DNA from: Candidatus Multivorans sp.
Lineage (GTDB): Bacteria; Acidobacteriota; Thermoanaerobaculia; Multivoradales; Multivoraceae
Assembly (NCBI GenBank): GCA_965224025.1
Contig: OZ245033.1
Location: 2,272,001-2,336,000, forward strand
Reading direction: 5' to 3'
Length of the DNA stretch: 64,000 nt
The position numbers and the translations under genes were made by a program. Below the pieces are notes generated by a model. That model searched no databases. It saw only the letters and a list, made by a program, of their open reading frames with translations, and was not told the origin of the DNA. Positions 1-9,221 of this stretch are shown here, one piece after another (the stretch's first letter is position 1; every line of letters starts with the position of its first letter).

Positions 1-907
1 GTGACTGGTTCGCTGCGCGTCGCAGCAGGCCGATCCTGGCGCGAGGGGCCGCCTGCTCGAACTCCCGCCACAGCGAACTCTCGGCGTCGGTCGCTGCGAC
101 CCAGCGGTAGGTCTGCCGGGAGCCGCCGGACGACAGGACCTGGGCCTGCTTCCGGGCGCTGGTCCACCAACTCGACCAGCGGCGCGCGGGAATGATGCCG
201 ACGACGATGGCCCGCACTTCTGCCCCCGTCAGCGGGCGGTCGTAGCTCCTGAGCGTCAACTCGAGCAGCTCGGGCGGCTTCATCGCCGCCAGTTGCTCCG
301 GCTCTTCGAGCTTCCGTCGCAGCACATGCTCCGGGGGCAGCAGGGTGAGCATCTTGCCGGCGGCCCGGAAGCCGACCGCGACTCCCTTCACCTTCTCGAG
401 GTCGACCTTGAAGGTCTGCAGCGGCATGTTCACCTGGGCGACGCGCCCGACTCCCCGGCCCGTCATCTCGACGATGTCGCCGCGCTGGAATGCCAGCAGG
501 TTGCGGAGCCGGTCCACCTTGTCCCAGAGCTTGACCGTCTCCTGCCGTCCCCGGTCCAAGTCCAGTTCGTGGAGCAGCTCGTTCAGGTCCGACTCGCGGT
601 CCCGGTAGAGTTCGTGCAGAGTGTCGAGAACGGTCTCGTAGACTTGGCCGCTCCGCAGATACCTGCTGCCGTCCCCGCGGATCAGGTCCAGGCGTTCCGA
701 CCACAGGCCGCGCTCCCGCAGTTGGTCGTCGAGCAGTTCGAGCAGTGTGCCGACACGCTCGGCTTCGCCGAGTCGAACCAGCCCTCTGGTGATGGCGAGG
801 AAGGTGTCGACCGCGATCTCTTCTTCGACCGCGGCCAGCCACTCCGCCTCGACTGCGTCGATGTCACCGCTGGCGAGGCTGTCTTGAATGCTCTGCGGGA
901 TCCTCAT
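1..907 (-). CDS. 5' part of a probable long-form GreA/GreB-family transcription elongation factor (N-terminal extension); runs off the window edge
   Basis: Not in the ORF track. Read by hand from ATG at 907: MRIPQSIQDSLASGD...LWDKVDRLRNLLAFQRGDIVEMTGRGVGRV...IPARRWSSWWTSARK. The WxxWWxxARK motif is characteristic of the extended GreA of spirochaetes, chlamydiae and planctomycetes. The GreA core itself is outside the window. Confidence 0.6.
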   Translation of the reverse strand, partial: MRIPQSIQDSLASGDIDAVEAEWLAAVEEEIAVDTFLAITRGLVRLGEAERVGTLLELLDDQLRERGLWSERLDLIRGDGSRYLRSGQVYETVLDTLHELYRDRESDLNELLHELDLDRGRQETVKLWDKVDRLRNLLAFQRGDIVEMTGRGVGRVAQVNMPLQTFKVDLEKVKGVAVGFRAAGKMLTLLPPEHVLRRKLEEPEQLAAMKPPELLELTLRSYDRPLTGAEVRAIVVGIIPARRWSSWWTSARKQAQVLSSGGSRQTYRWVAATDAESSLWREFEQAAPRARIGLLRRAANQS

Positions 908-1090
908 GCGGTGGCGGGCGCGCCGGTCTCGCGGTCGCGGCGGTGCAGGGGGCGCGCACGAACTGATGATCGTATCAGCCGGGAAACGGGTTGGTAGCGG
1001 CCTCGGAACGGCGTGAGATTGGCGCCGCTGAACTCCTCGCAGATAGAATGCATGGCGCCAGCCGTGGTCCCGAACAGTACCGATGGAGAC

Positions 1091-1834
1091 ATGAGCGAGG
1101 AGAATCAGGCTGTGGCGCCCGCGGGCGAGGGGGAGTCTTTCGGCTCCTGGCTTCGCAGCCAGCGTGAAGTTCGCCAGATCGAGCTGCAGACGATCACTCA
1201 GTCGAGCAAGATCAACATCCGGTATCTGGAGGCGCTGGAACAGGATCGGTTCGACCTGCTGCCGGCCAGCATCTTCGTCAAGGGCTTCCTCCGCGAGTAC
1301 GCGCGGATCGTCGGCCTCGATCCCGACGAGGTGCTCAACTTCTATCTCGCCGCTTCGGCCCAGGACGACCTCGAGGGCGGGACCCCGAACCTGGCGAAGC
1401 GGTCTCCAACGCGGTTCGGACAGACCGTCGTGATGGTGCTGGTCTTGGTGGCGATCGCCTTGTTCCTCGTGTGGCGTTTCTACCCCGGTCCGGACCGCGA
1501 AGCAGCCGAGGACATGGAGACGATGGCGCCGCCGGTTACCGAGGGGGCGCTTCCGCTGCCACCGCCGGCGCCGCTGCCCGAGCAGGCCCTGCGGGTCACG
1601 CTGGAGTTCCGGGCCACGAGCTGGGTTGACATTTACACCGACGGCGAGCGCACGGTCAGCGAGCTGCGGATTCAGGGCGAGTCCCTGACCGTTGCCGCGG
1701 ACGAGGAAATCCGTCTCAAACTCCGGAACGCCGACGCAGCGACGATCGAACTGAACGGTGAGACGTTCGAGCACGAAGCGGGCGACGACGAGGAGATCGT
1801 GATCGCGGTCCCCGAGGCCGCTGACCCGGCTTGA
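1091..1834 (+). CDS. rodZ: RodZ-like protein (XRE-type HTH, TM helix, DUF4115-like C-terminus)
   Basis: FGSWLRSQRE...KINIRYLEALEQDRFDLLPASIFVKGFLREYARIVGLD, then a single TM segment, then SWVDIYTDG...LNG; GGAG RBS before ATG 1091. Confidence 0.85.
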   Translation: MSEENQAVAPAGEGESFGSWLRSQREVRQIELQTITQSSKINIRYLEALEQDRFDLLPASIFVKGFLREYARIVGLDPDEVLNFYLAASAQDDLEGGTPNLAKRSPTRFGQTVVMVLVLVAIALFLVWRFYPGPDREAAEDMETMAPPVTEGALPLPPPAPLPEQALRVTLEFRATSWVDIYTDGERTVSELRIQGESLTVAADEEIRLKLRNADAATIELNGETFEHEAGDDEEIVIAVPEAADPA

Positions 1835-1888
1835 CGCGGCGTCGCCCTGAACGCTGGACTTCCTGGCTGCGTGGCCGTATTCTGCGGC

Positions 1889-1958
1889 GTGCCATCCGTG
1901 CGCCCGATGACGGACGCACGGACTGGTTCGCGAATTGCGCGGACCGCGCCATTCGGGT
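1889..1958 (+). repeat. ~70-bp double-hairpin dispersed element (family A), copy 1
   Basis: GTGCCATCCGTGCGCCCGATGACGGACGCACGGACTGGTTCGCGAATTGCGCGGACCGCGCCATTCGGGT; matches copies at 11133, 41723, 60517 and 61035. Confidence 0.9.
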
Positions 1959-1968
1959 ACCGGTGCGA

Positions 1969-2045
1969 CGGGGCGTAGCTCAGCCTGGTAGAGCGCACGG
2001 TTCGGGACCGTGAGGCCGGAGGTTCAAATCCTCTCGCCCCGACCA
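1969..2045 (+). tRNA. tRNA-Pro (anticodon CGG)
   Basis: CGGGGCG acceptor stem, D-arm AGCTCAGCCTGGTAGAGC, anticodon arm CACGG-TTCGGGA-CCGTG, T-arm GGTTCAAATCC, encoded CCA end. Confidence 0.97.
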
Positions 2046-2102
2046 TTCCGCCGGCAACACGCGCCGGCAACGGGCGCCTGCTCGTCAAGTAGACTCTCGA
2101 AG

Positions 2103-3551
2103 ATGCACAGCTCGCTGAAGCTGACACGACTGGGAAGTCTCTTGCGGTTGGCGTTTGCCCTTGCTCTGGTCCTGGCGCCACTGGTCCTGCTCGCCGACGA
2201 ACCGGGGTCGGAAGAATCCCCGGAGCCGGAAGAGTCCCGGGCCGCGGCGCCTGAGGACGGGGAAGCGGGGGCGCCTGCCGACGGCGATCTTCCCGCCGAG
2301 GCCGGCGCCCCGGCCGAGGAGTCCGCGCAGGAAGTGATCGTGGCCGCGGTGGACTCCGTGATCCAGGTCGTCATCGCCGAGTTCATGGACGAAGTGACCG
2401 CGGAGGCTGACCGGGTCGGCGCCGAGGCGTTGATCGTCGAGCTCTCCACGCCGGGCGGCGAGATGCAGGCGATGCGAAAGATCTTCACGCGCTTCCTGGA
2501 GGCCTCAACACCGGTCGTTGTCTACGTCTCCCCGAGCGGCTCCCAGGCTGCGTCCGCCGGCTTCTTCATCCTGCTGGGCGCCGACATTGCCGCGATGGCC
2601 CCCGGAACGAACACCGGCGCGGCCCACCCGGTTGCCGGCGGCGGCGAGGACATCCCGGGGGCGATGGGGGAGAAGGTGACTCAGGATGCGGCTGCGACCA
2701 TCCGTTCGCTGGCGGCCCGTCGCGGTCGTGACGAGAAGCTGGCGGAGTCGGCGGTGCTCGAGAGCAAGTCGTTCACGGCGCAGGAGGCGCTCGACGCGGG
2801 TCTCGTCGATCTGGTGGCGCCCAGCCTGCAGTCGCTGCTCGTCGATCTCGACGGCCGCGTGGTCGAGAAGGGCGGGCGGGAGCGGACGCTGGCTACCCGC
2901 GCGGCGACGGTGCGCCGCGTGGAGATGTCGGCCTTCCAGCGTGTGCGGTCGATCATTGCCCACCCGAACATCGCGCTTCTGCTGATGTCGCTGGGGTCGA
3001 TAGGCTTGATCTTCGAGATCACCCATCCTGGCGCGATCTTCCCGGGCGTCGTCGGCGCCGTCTGCCTGATTCTCGGCCTGTGGGCGATGTCCGTCCTGCC
3101 GGTCAACTACGCCGGTCTGGCCCTGCTCTTCGTGGCCGTCGTGCTCTGGGTGCTCGAGGTCAAGGTTCCCAGCTTCGGCATGCTGACGCTCGGCGGTGCG
3201 ATCTCCTTCAGTCTCGGGGCGATGATGCTGTTCCGGGACGCCGACCCCGCATTGCGGGCGAGCTTGAAGTTGATCGTCGCCATCGGCATCACGATCGGGC
3301 TGCTGGCGCTCGGTCTCGCCCGGCTCGCGCTCAAGGCGCGGCGCAACCGCGTGGCGACGGGAAGAGAGGGCCTGCTCGATGAGCTGGGCCTGGTGAGCGC
3401 CGGCATCGAGGCCGGCGTGCCCGGCAAGGTGCGGTTGCACGGCGAGATCTGGAACGCGGAATCCGATGTCGCGGTCGACATCGGCGGCCGGGTCCGGGTC
3501 GTTCAAGTGGACGGCATGACTCTGCGGGTCGAACCGGTCGGCGACTCCTGA
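2103..3551 (+). CDS. nfeD: NfeD family membrane-bound serine protease (ClpP-class N-domain, TM region, OB-fold)
   Basis: STPGG, AASAG, APGTNTGAAHPV and GEIWNA motifs; adjacent to an SPFH gene; start uncertain. Confidence 0.9.
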   Translation: MHSSLKLTRLGSLLRLAFALALVLAPLVLLADEPGSEESPEPEESRAAAPEDGEAGAPADGDLPAEAGAPAEESAQEVIVAAVDSVIQVVIAEFMDEVTAEADRVGAEALIVELSTPGGEMQAMRKIFTRFLEASTPVVVYVSPSGSQAASAGFFILLGADIAAMAPGTNTGAAHPVAGGGEDIPGAMGEKVTQDAAATIRSLAARRGRDEKLAESAVLESKSFTAQEALDAGLVDLVAPSLQSLLVDLDGRVVEKGGRERTLATRAATVRRVEMSAFQRVRSIIAHPNIALLLMSLGSIGLIFEITHPGAIFPGVVGAVCLILGLWAMSVLPVNYAGLALLFVAVVLWVLEVKVPSFGMLTLGGAISFSLGAMMLFRDADPALRASLKLIVAIGITIGLLALGLARLALKARRNRVATGREGLLDELGLVSAGIEAGVPGKVRLHGEIWNAESDVAVDIGGRVRVVQVDGMTLRVEPVGDS

Positions 3552-3583
3552 GCACTTTGAAGAAGAAAGGACCCTGATTCAAT

Positions 3584-4348
3584 ATGGCGAGCCTTCCCTT
3601 TATCGGTTTCCTCCTCGTTGCAGGCCTGTTCCTGCTCACCAGGTGGATCAACATCATGGCCGAGTACGAGCGGGCCGTCGTGTTCCGCCTCGGCCGCATT
3701 CTGGAGAAGCCGAAGGGCCCCGGTCTGGTCCTGGTGCTGTGGCCGATCGACCGCATGGTCAAGGTGTCGTTGCGCACGGTCGTGCTGGACGTTCCGCCGC
3801 AGGACATCATCACTCGGGACAACGTCTCCGTGAAGGTGAACGCCGTCGTCTACTTCCGCGTACTGGAGCCGATCAAGGCGATCGTCGAGGTGGAGAACTT
3901 CCTCTTTGCAACCAGCCAGTTGGCTCAGACGACGCTGCGGTCGATCCTCGGCCAGACCGAACTCGACCAACTGCTGAGCGAGCGCGAGACACTCAACGAC
4001 CAGCTCCAGACGGTGATCGATCAACAGACCGATCCCTGGGGCATCAAGGTCTCCATGGTGGAGGTCAAGCACGTCGACCTGCCGCAGGAAATGCAGCGCG
4101 CGATGGCCAAACAGGCCGAGGCGGAGCGCGAGAAGCGTGCCAAGGTGATCCACGCCAGCGGTGAGCTGCAAGCATCCGAGGCCCTCGCCGAGGCGGCGAA
4201 CGCGATCAGCGTCAACCCGGTCACGCTGCAACTGCGCTATCTGCAGACTCTGGCCGACATCGCCACCGAGCGGAACTCGACGATTATCTTCCCGCTGCCG
4301 CTCGACCTCTTCAAGGCCTTTGCGGGATACAGACCGCCCGAAGAGTGA
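3584..4348 (+). CDS. Slipin/stomatin (SPFH, band 7) family protein
   Basis: [49 protein letters not shown]. Confidence 0.95.
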   Translation: MASLPFIGFLLVAGLFLLTRWINIMAEYERAVVFRLGRILEKPKGPGLVLVLWPIDRMVKVSLRTVVLDVPPQDIITRDNVSVKVNAVVYFRVLEPIKAIVEVENFLFATSQLAQTTLRSILGQTELDQLLSERETLNDQLQTVIDQQTDPWGIKVSMVEVKHVDLPQEMQRAMAKQAEAEREKRAKVIHASGELQASEALAEAANAISVNPVTLQLRYLQTLADIATERNSTIIFPLPLDLFKAFAGYRPPEE

Positions 4349-4914
4349 ACGGCGACGCCTACGAGCCCTATGAGATCGCGGTCAGCAACAGCCAGATTGC
4401 CGCCTTCGTAGCTCTTCTGGCGCTGGCCTTGGTGGGAGCGTTCGCCGCCGGAGTGTGGTGGGGCCGATCGAACGATCTCGATCTTGCCGAAACCGAAGCG
4501 GTCGTTACGCTGCCGGACTTGCCGCCTCCGGAGATGGGCGTCGGTGAGACCACCCCTGCCGCCGCTGACGCCGAAAGCGAAGCGGCGCCGGCCGGAGTGG
4601 TGCGGTTCTTCGGCGCCGCCGAGGAGGGAACGCCGCCGGTCGAGAGCAGTCGCCCGGCTTCCGCCGCGGCAACGACCACGGCCGGCCTGGTCGTCCAGGT
4701 CTTCTCGAGTGCCGACGCCAGCCAGGCGGCCTCGGTGGAGCAGAAGCTGCGCGCGGACGGACACCGCGCCTTCCTGTCACCCCAGGCGCTCGACGGCCAG
4801 GTGATGCAGCGGGTGCGGGTAGGCCCGTTCGAGGACCAGGACTCCGCTTCGGAGGCCGCCGAACTGCTGGCCAAACAGTACGGGCTCGAGACCTGGATCA
4901 CGCCGAACAACTGA
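4345..4914 (+). CDS. SPOR domain membrane-anchored protein
   Basis: N-terminal TM segment; C-terminal VVQVFS...RVRVGPF SPOR pattern. Confidence 0.8.
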   Translation: MNGDAYEPYEIAVSNSQIAAFVALLALALVGAFAAGVWWGRSNDLDLAETEAVVTLPDLPPPEMGVGETTPAAADAESEAAPAGVVRFFGAAEEGTPPVESSRPASAAATTTAGLVVQVFSSADASQAASVEQKLRADGHRAFLSPQALDGQVMQRVRVGPFEDQDSASEAAELLAKQYGLETWITPNN

Positions 4915-4952
4915 CGGCCGGCCAGGGTACGCCGTCGGGACCGTCGGCGGCA

Positions 4953-6476
4953 TTGGCGGCGCTTGTTTCGTCCATCTGGTTCCAGGTCGGTCTGGCTGCC
5001 CTTGGCGGCGTCTGGTGGGCGTTCTGTTTCGACGAGCGCCCCGGGTTCCTGATTCCTCTGGCGGCCGCCGCGCCGCTGTGTCTGATTGCCGGGGCGCCGC
5101 TCGGGCCCTGGCGCAGGTTGTGGCTCGGCTGGCTTCACGGCGCCGTGGCGTGGCTGATCGCGGTGCCGTGGCTATCGACGATGCTGACCGTCTATGGGGG
5201 CTTGCCCGCCGTAGGGTCGGCTTGCCTCTTGGCCGTGCTTGCTCTCTACCTTGGCGCCTACCATGGCCTGTTCTGCTGGCTGGCCGGGGCGGCGCTGGCG
5301 CGTCGCGACGCTCTCTCGCTGCTTGTGGCGCCGGCGATCTGGGTCAGCCTGGAACTGGTGCGGGGCGCCGGTCCTTCGGGATTCCCGTGGAACCTGCTCG
5401 CGTACGCGTGGGTCGATGTTCCGGGCGCTCTCGACGCGACCCGCTGGATCGGCAGCCTTGGCCTCTCAGGTGTCGTCGTGGTCTCCGGCCTGGGAGTGTT
5501 GAGGCTTGCGGACCGCGGGACCCGCCGTCAGGCGATGACGGTTGTGGCCGGTGTTGCAGTGCTTCTGACGGTCGCGCGCTGGACGAATCTCGACCGGACG
5601 GCGCCGGCCGGACCGGTGCTTGATGTTCGCGTGGTGCAGCCGAACATCGGCATGATGACGGACGATCAGCTTCTTGGCGGTCTGGACTATTCGTCGATTC
5701 ACGCCAACTACCGTCGGCTCTTCGAACTGAGCCACGAGGCCTGCGCGCCAGGTGCGCTCGTCGTCTGGCCCGAGAGTGCCGTCTGGCCGTACGAACTGGA
5801 ACGCGACGCCGGACTCGCCCGCGACGTCGAAGCCCTGGTCGGTCGCGGCTGCTCGCTGCTGTTCAACAGCGCTCGCCGCTTCAACGCAGGCGAGGAGGTG
5901 GGGGCGTTCAACTCGGCCTACCTTGTGACGCCCGGTGACGCCGGGGCCGACCGCCAGACCTACGACAAGATGCACCTGGTTCCGTTCGGCGAGTACGTAC
6001 CCTTCGCGGGCTACTTGCCCGGTGTGCGCCAGTTGGCGCGGAACACGGGGAGCTTCTCGACCGGGGACGAGGTGAAACTGCTCGACATCGGAGGCGCTCG
6101 TCTGGGAATCTCGATCTGCTTCGAGATCGTCTTTCCGAGGCAGGTTGCAGCCCGTGTCCGGCGCGGGGCCTCCGTGCTCGTCACCATGGCGAACGATTCC
6201 TGGTACGGCGCCACCTGGGCGCCTCATCAACACCTGCGACCTTCCCGCTTCCGGGCCGCCGAGAACGGGCGGCCGGTGATCCGGGCCGCGATCACCGGCA
6301 TCTCGGCGCTGATCGATCGCCGCGGCGCAATCCTGGCGATCGCCGACATCGATCAGACGGCCGTGCTGCGAATGCCGGTTACGCCGCTCGGAGGGATGAC
6401 TCCGTTCTCCCGCGCGCCGCTGCTGGCGCCGCTGCTTTGCCTCGCACTGGCCGCTTTTGCCATACTGCGCCGATGA
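4953..6476 (+). CDS. lnt: Apolipoprotein N-acyltransferase
   Basis: GFPWNLL, VQPNI, WPES, YDKMHLVPFGEYVP, ICFE, NDSWYG, RAAENGR. Confidence 0.95.
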   Translation: MAALVSSIWFQVGLAALGGVWWAFCFDERPGFLIPLAAAAPLCLIAGAPLGPWRRLWLGWLHGAVAWLIAVPWLSTMLTVYGGLPAVGSACLLAVLALYLGAYHGLFCWLAGAALARRDALSLLVAPAIWVSLELVRGAGPSGFPWNLLAYAWVDVPGALDATRWIGSLGLSGVVVVSGLGVLRLADRGTRRQAMTVVAGVAVLLTVARWTNLDRTAPAGPVLDVRVVQPNIGMMTDDQLLGGLDYSSIHANYRRLFELSHEACAPGALVVWPESAVWPYELERDAGLARDVEALVGRGCSLLFNSARRFNAGEEVGAFNSAYLVTPGDAGADRQTYDKMHLVPFGEYVPFAGYLPGVRQLARNTGSFSTGDEVKLLDIGGARLGISICFEIVFPRQVAARVRRGASVLVTMANDSWYGATWAPHQHLRPSRFRAAENGRPVIRAAITGISALIDRRGAILAIADIDQTAVLRMPVTPLGGMTPFSRAPLLAPLLCLALAAFAILRR

Positions 6477-7583
6477 TGGCTTCTGACGCGAACCGCTCGC
6501 TGACCGAGCTCAGGTCCCGCCTGGACGGTCTGCGGAGGTATCTTTGACCCGGCCGAGGTCCGGGAACAGCTCGCCGCGTTCGATCATGAGATGGAGCAGC
6601 CGGGGTTCTGGGACGATCGCGGGCGGAGCGCGCCCCTGCTGCGGCGCAGGCGGACGCTGGAACGGCGGCAGACGACCGTCGACCGGCTGAACGCGGACAG
6701 CGACGAAATCGAGGCTTGGCTCGAACTGCTTGCCGAGAGTGCGGAGGCGGTCGAGGGCGAGGAGGAACTCGGCGAGTTCATCGCCCGGGTTGGGCGCGAG
6801 TCCAAGGCGCTCGACCTGGAGTTGAAGCTCTCGGGCGAGGACGACGACCGTAGCGCCCTGCTCGCCATCCACCCCGGTGAGGGCGGCACCGACTCCCAGG
6901 ACTGGGCCGAGATCCTGCTGCGCATGTACCTCCGTTGGGCCGAGCAGAGGGGCTTCGACGTCACGCTGCTCGAACGGCTCGACGGCGACGAGGCGGGTCT
7001 CAAGAGCGCGACGGTCGCCGTGCGCGGGGACTACGCGTTCGGTCGCCTGCGCGGCGAGAGCGGCGTTCACCGGCTGGTCCGGATCTCGCCCTTCGACGCG
7101 GCGAAGAGGCGCCACACTTCCTTCGCCTCGGTCTCCGCTTACCCGGAGGTCGACGACGGCATCGACATCGAGATCGAGGACAAGGACATCCGCATCGACA
7201 CCTTCCGGTCGTCCGGGGCCGGCGGCCAGCACGTGAACGTGACGGACTCGGCGGTGCGCATCACCCACCATCCCTCCGGGATCGTGGTCAGTTGCCAGAA
7301 CGAGCGCAGCCAGATCAAGAACCGGGCGATGGCGATGAAGATTCTCAAGGCACGCCTCTACGACCGGGAGGTCCAGAAGCGTCGCGAGGAGCAGGCCGAG
7401 CGCGAGGGCCAGAAGCTGGAAATCGGCTTCGGCTCCCAGATCCGGAGCTACGTGATGCACCCGTATCGCATGGTCAAGGACCACCGCACGAAACTCGAGG
7501 TCTCCGCCGTGGAGCGCGTCCTAGACGGCGAGATCGACCCGTTCATCGATGCCTGGCTCGGGCAGCAGCTCGAGACCGCCTAG
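6473..7583 (+). CDS. prfB: Peptide chain release factor 2 (programmed +1 frameshift)
   Basis: Short frame from ATG 6473/6476 to CTT-TGA at 6542-6547, continuing in the +1 frame; SPF anticodon-mimic and GGQ motifs. Confidence 0.97.
6533..6548 (+). promoter_or_regulatory. prfB autoregulatory frameshift site (internal SD GGAGG + CTT TGA C)
   Basis: Sequence CGGAGGTATCTTTGAC matches the canonical RF2 shift cassette. Confidence 0.95.
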
Positions 7584-7595
7584 GGCGGGCTGCCG

Positions 7596-9221
7596 GTGAC
7601 CCGACCGGCTGTCGACTACGTTTCGCCGCTGCCGCCGGTGCGATCGGGCATCGCCGACTACAGCGTCGACCTGCTGGAGGAACTCGCTCCTCTGTGCGAC
7701 CTGCGCCTGGTGCGCCTGCCCGGCCAGGAGGTGGCGTCCGAGATCCGGCGCCGCTACGAAGTCGTCGAACCCGCGGTGCTCGATCCGGCGCGGCGCCTTC
7801 CCTTCTACCAACTGGGCAACAACGTGTACCACGAGGGCGTACGCCGGTTCGCCCTTGAAGCGCCGGGGGTCGTGACGGTGCACGACCTGCGGCTCCACCA
7901 CCTCCTGGTCGAGGCCACGCTCGCCAGCGGCGATCTGGACGCCTACGTGGCCGCGCTCGGCGGGGAGCACGGCTGGGAGGGCTCTGCCGTGGCGATACCG
8001 ACCCGTTGGGGCGCCCACGGCCGGGCGCGGCTGTTCGAGATGCCGGCACACGGCTCGCTGCTGCTTCGCCAGCGCGGTCTGCTGGTTCACAGCGACTGGG
8101 GCCGTCGTTTCCTCGAGGACGAGCTGGGTGAGCGGGCGCCCGGTCACTCCCCGCCAGAGATTCGGCGGGTGCCGATGCCGATGCCGGTGCCCGATCCGCC
8201 GAGCCGCGAGGATGCCGCGGCGTGGCGGCGCCGGTTGGGCGTCGCGCCGTCCGCCGTCCTGCTCGGCTCCTTCGGCTTTCAGACGCCGATCAAGCGGACG
8301 GATGTGCTGCTGCGGGCGCTGGCGGAACCCGGCATGGAGGAAGTGCATGCGGTCGTTGCCGGGGAGGTGGCGCCCCAACTCGATCTGGCGACGCTGATGC
8401 GGGACCTGGGAGTCCAGGACCGGGTCATGGTGACCGGTTTCCTCGACGAAGCCTCCTTCCCGATCGCCATTGCCGGTTGCGACCTGTGCCTCAATCTGCG
8501 TTATCCGAGCGCGGGCGAGACCTCCGCTTCGCTGCTCCGCATCCTGGCGCTGGGACGGCCCGCGGTGGTCTCGGACTACGGCCAGTTCAACGAATTGCCG
8601 GGCGACGTGGTGGTCAAGGCGCCGCTCGGGGACGACCCGGCACGGGAGGCGCGGGCGCTCGCCGGTCTTCTGCGCCCGCGCCTGGCCGCGCCCGACCGGC
8701 TGCGGGAGATGGGCGATGCGGCGCGCTCCTTCATCGAGCGCGAGCACCGGCCGTCGTCGTCGGCCTGGGCAGTCGCCGAGGCCCTCGTGGAGTGGTCCGG
8801 CGAACCGGCTGAGGCACCCACCGCGCCTCCGCCGCCGCGTCCTTCGCCTCCCACGTCGTTGACCTGGGGCTGGTTGCCGGGACGGATCGAAGTCGAAGGC
8901 CGTGAACGACCCTGGGCGGACGGTGAGCGGCGCGCGGTGGAGGTCGTGGTCACGAACACCGGCTTCGCCACCTGGCTCTCGGGCCGTCACGTCGACGGGG
9001 GCGTCGTCCTCGAACCCCAGCTCTGGAGCGGCGGCCGCGACCTGTTCAAGGGCAGGCCGTGGATCCCCTTGCCGCATGATCTCGTGCCGGGTGACGCGTG
9101 CCGGATCGGTCTGAGGCTCCGCAAGCCGATTGGACCGGCTCGGCTCCGGCTCGAGCCCCACCTGTTTGGCGGCGGCTCGATGATCCACCGCGGGGCCCAG
9201 GCCTTCGACCGCGACCTGTGA
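7596..9221 (+). CDS. Glycosyltransferase family 4 protein with C-terminal Ig-like extension
   Basis: SPLPPVRSGIADYS, YQLGNN, HD, NLRYPSAGETSASLLR. Confidence 0.85.
   Translation: MTRPAVDYVSPLPPVRSGIADYSVDLLEELAPLCDLRLVRLPGQEVASEIRRRYEVVEPAVLDPARRLPFYQLGNNVYHEGVRRFALEAPGVVTVHDLRLHHLLVEATLASGDLDAYVAALGGEHGWEGSAVAIPTRWGAHGRARLFEMPAHGSLLLRQRGLLVHSDWGRRFLEDELGERAPGHSPPEIRRVPMPMPVPDPPSREDAAAWRRRLGVAPSAVLLGSFGFQTPIKRTDVLLRALAEPGMEEVHAVVAGEVAPQLDLATLMRDLGVQDRVMVTGFLDEASFPIAIAGCDLCLNLRYPSAGETSASLLRILALGRPAVVSDYGQFNELPGDVVVKAPLGDDPAREARALAGLLRPRLAAPDRLREMGDAARSFIEREHRPSSSAWAVAEALVEWSGEPAEAPTAPPPPRPSPPTSLTWGWLPGRIEVEGRERPWADGERRAVEVVVTNTGFATWLSGRHVDGGVVLEPQLWSGGRDLFKGRPWIPLPHDLVPGDACRIGLRLRKPIGPARLRLEPHLFGGGSMIHRGAQAFDRDL

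Noticed and set aside
1969-2045. tRNA-Pro as an integration site
   Set aside because: No duplicate of its 3' end was seen in the window and the flanking genes look like core genes.
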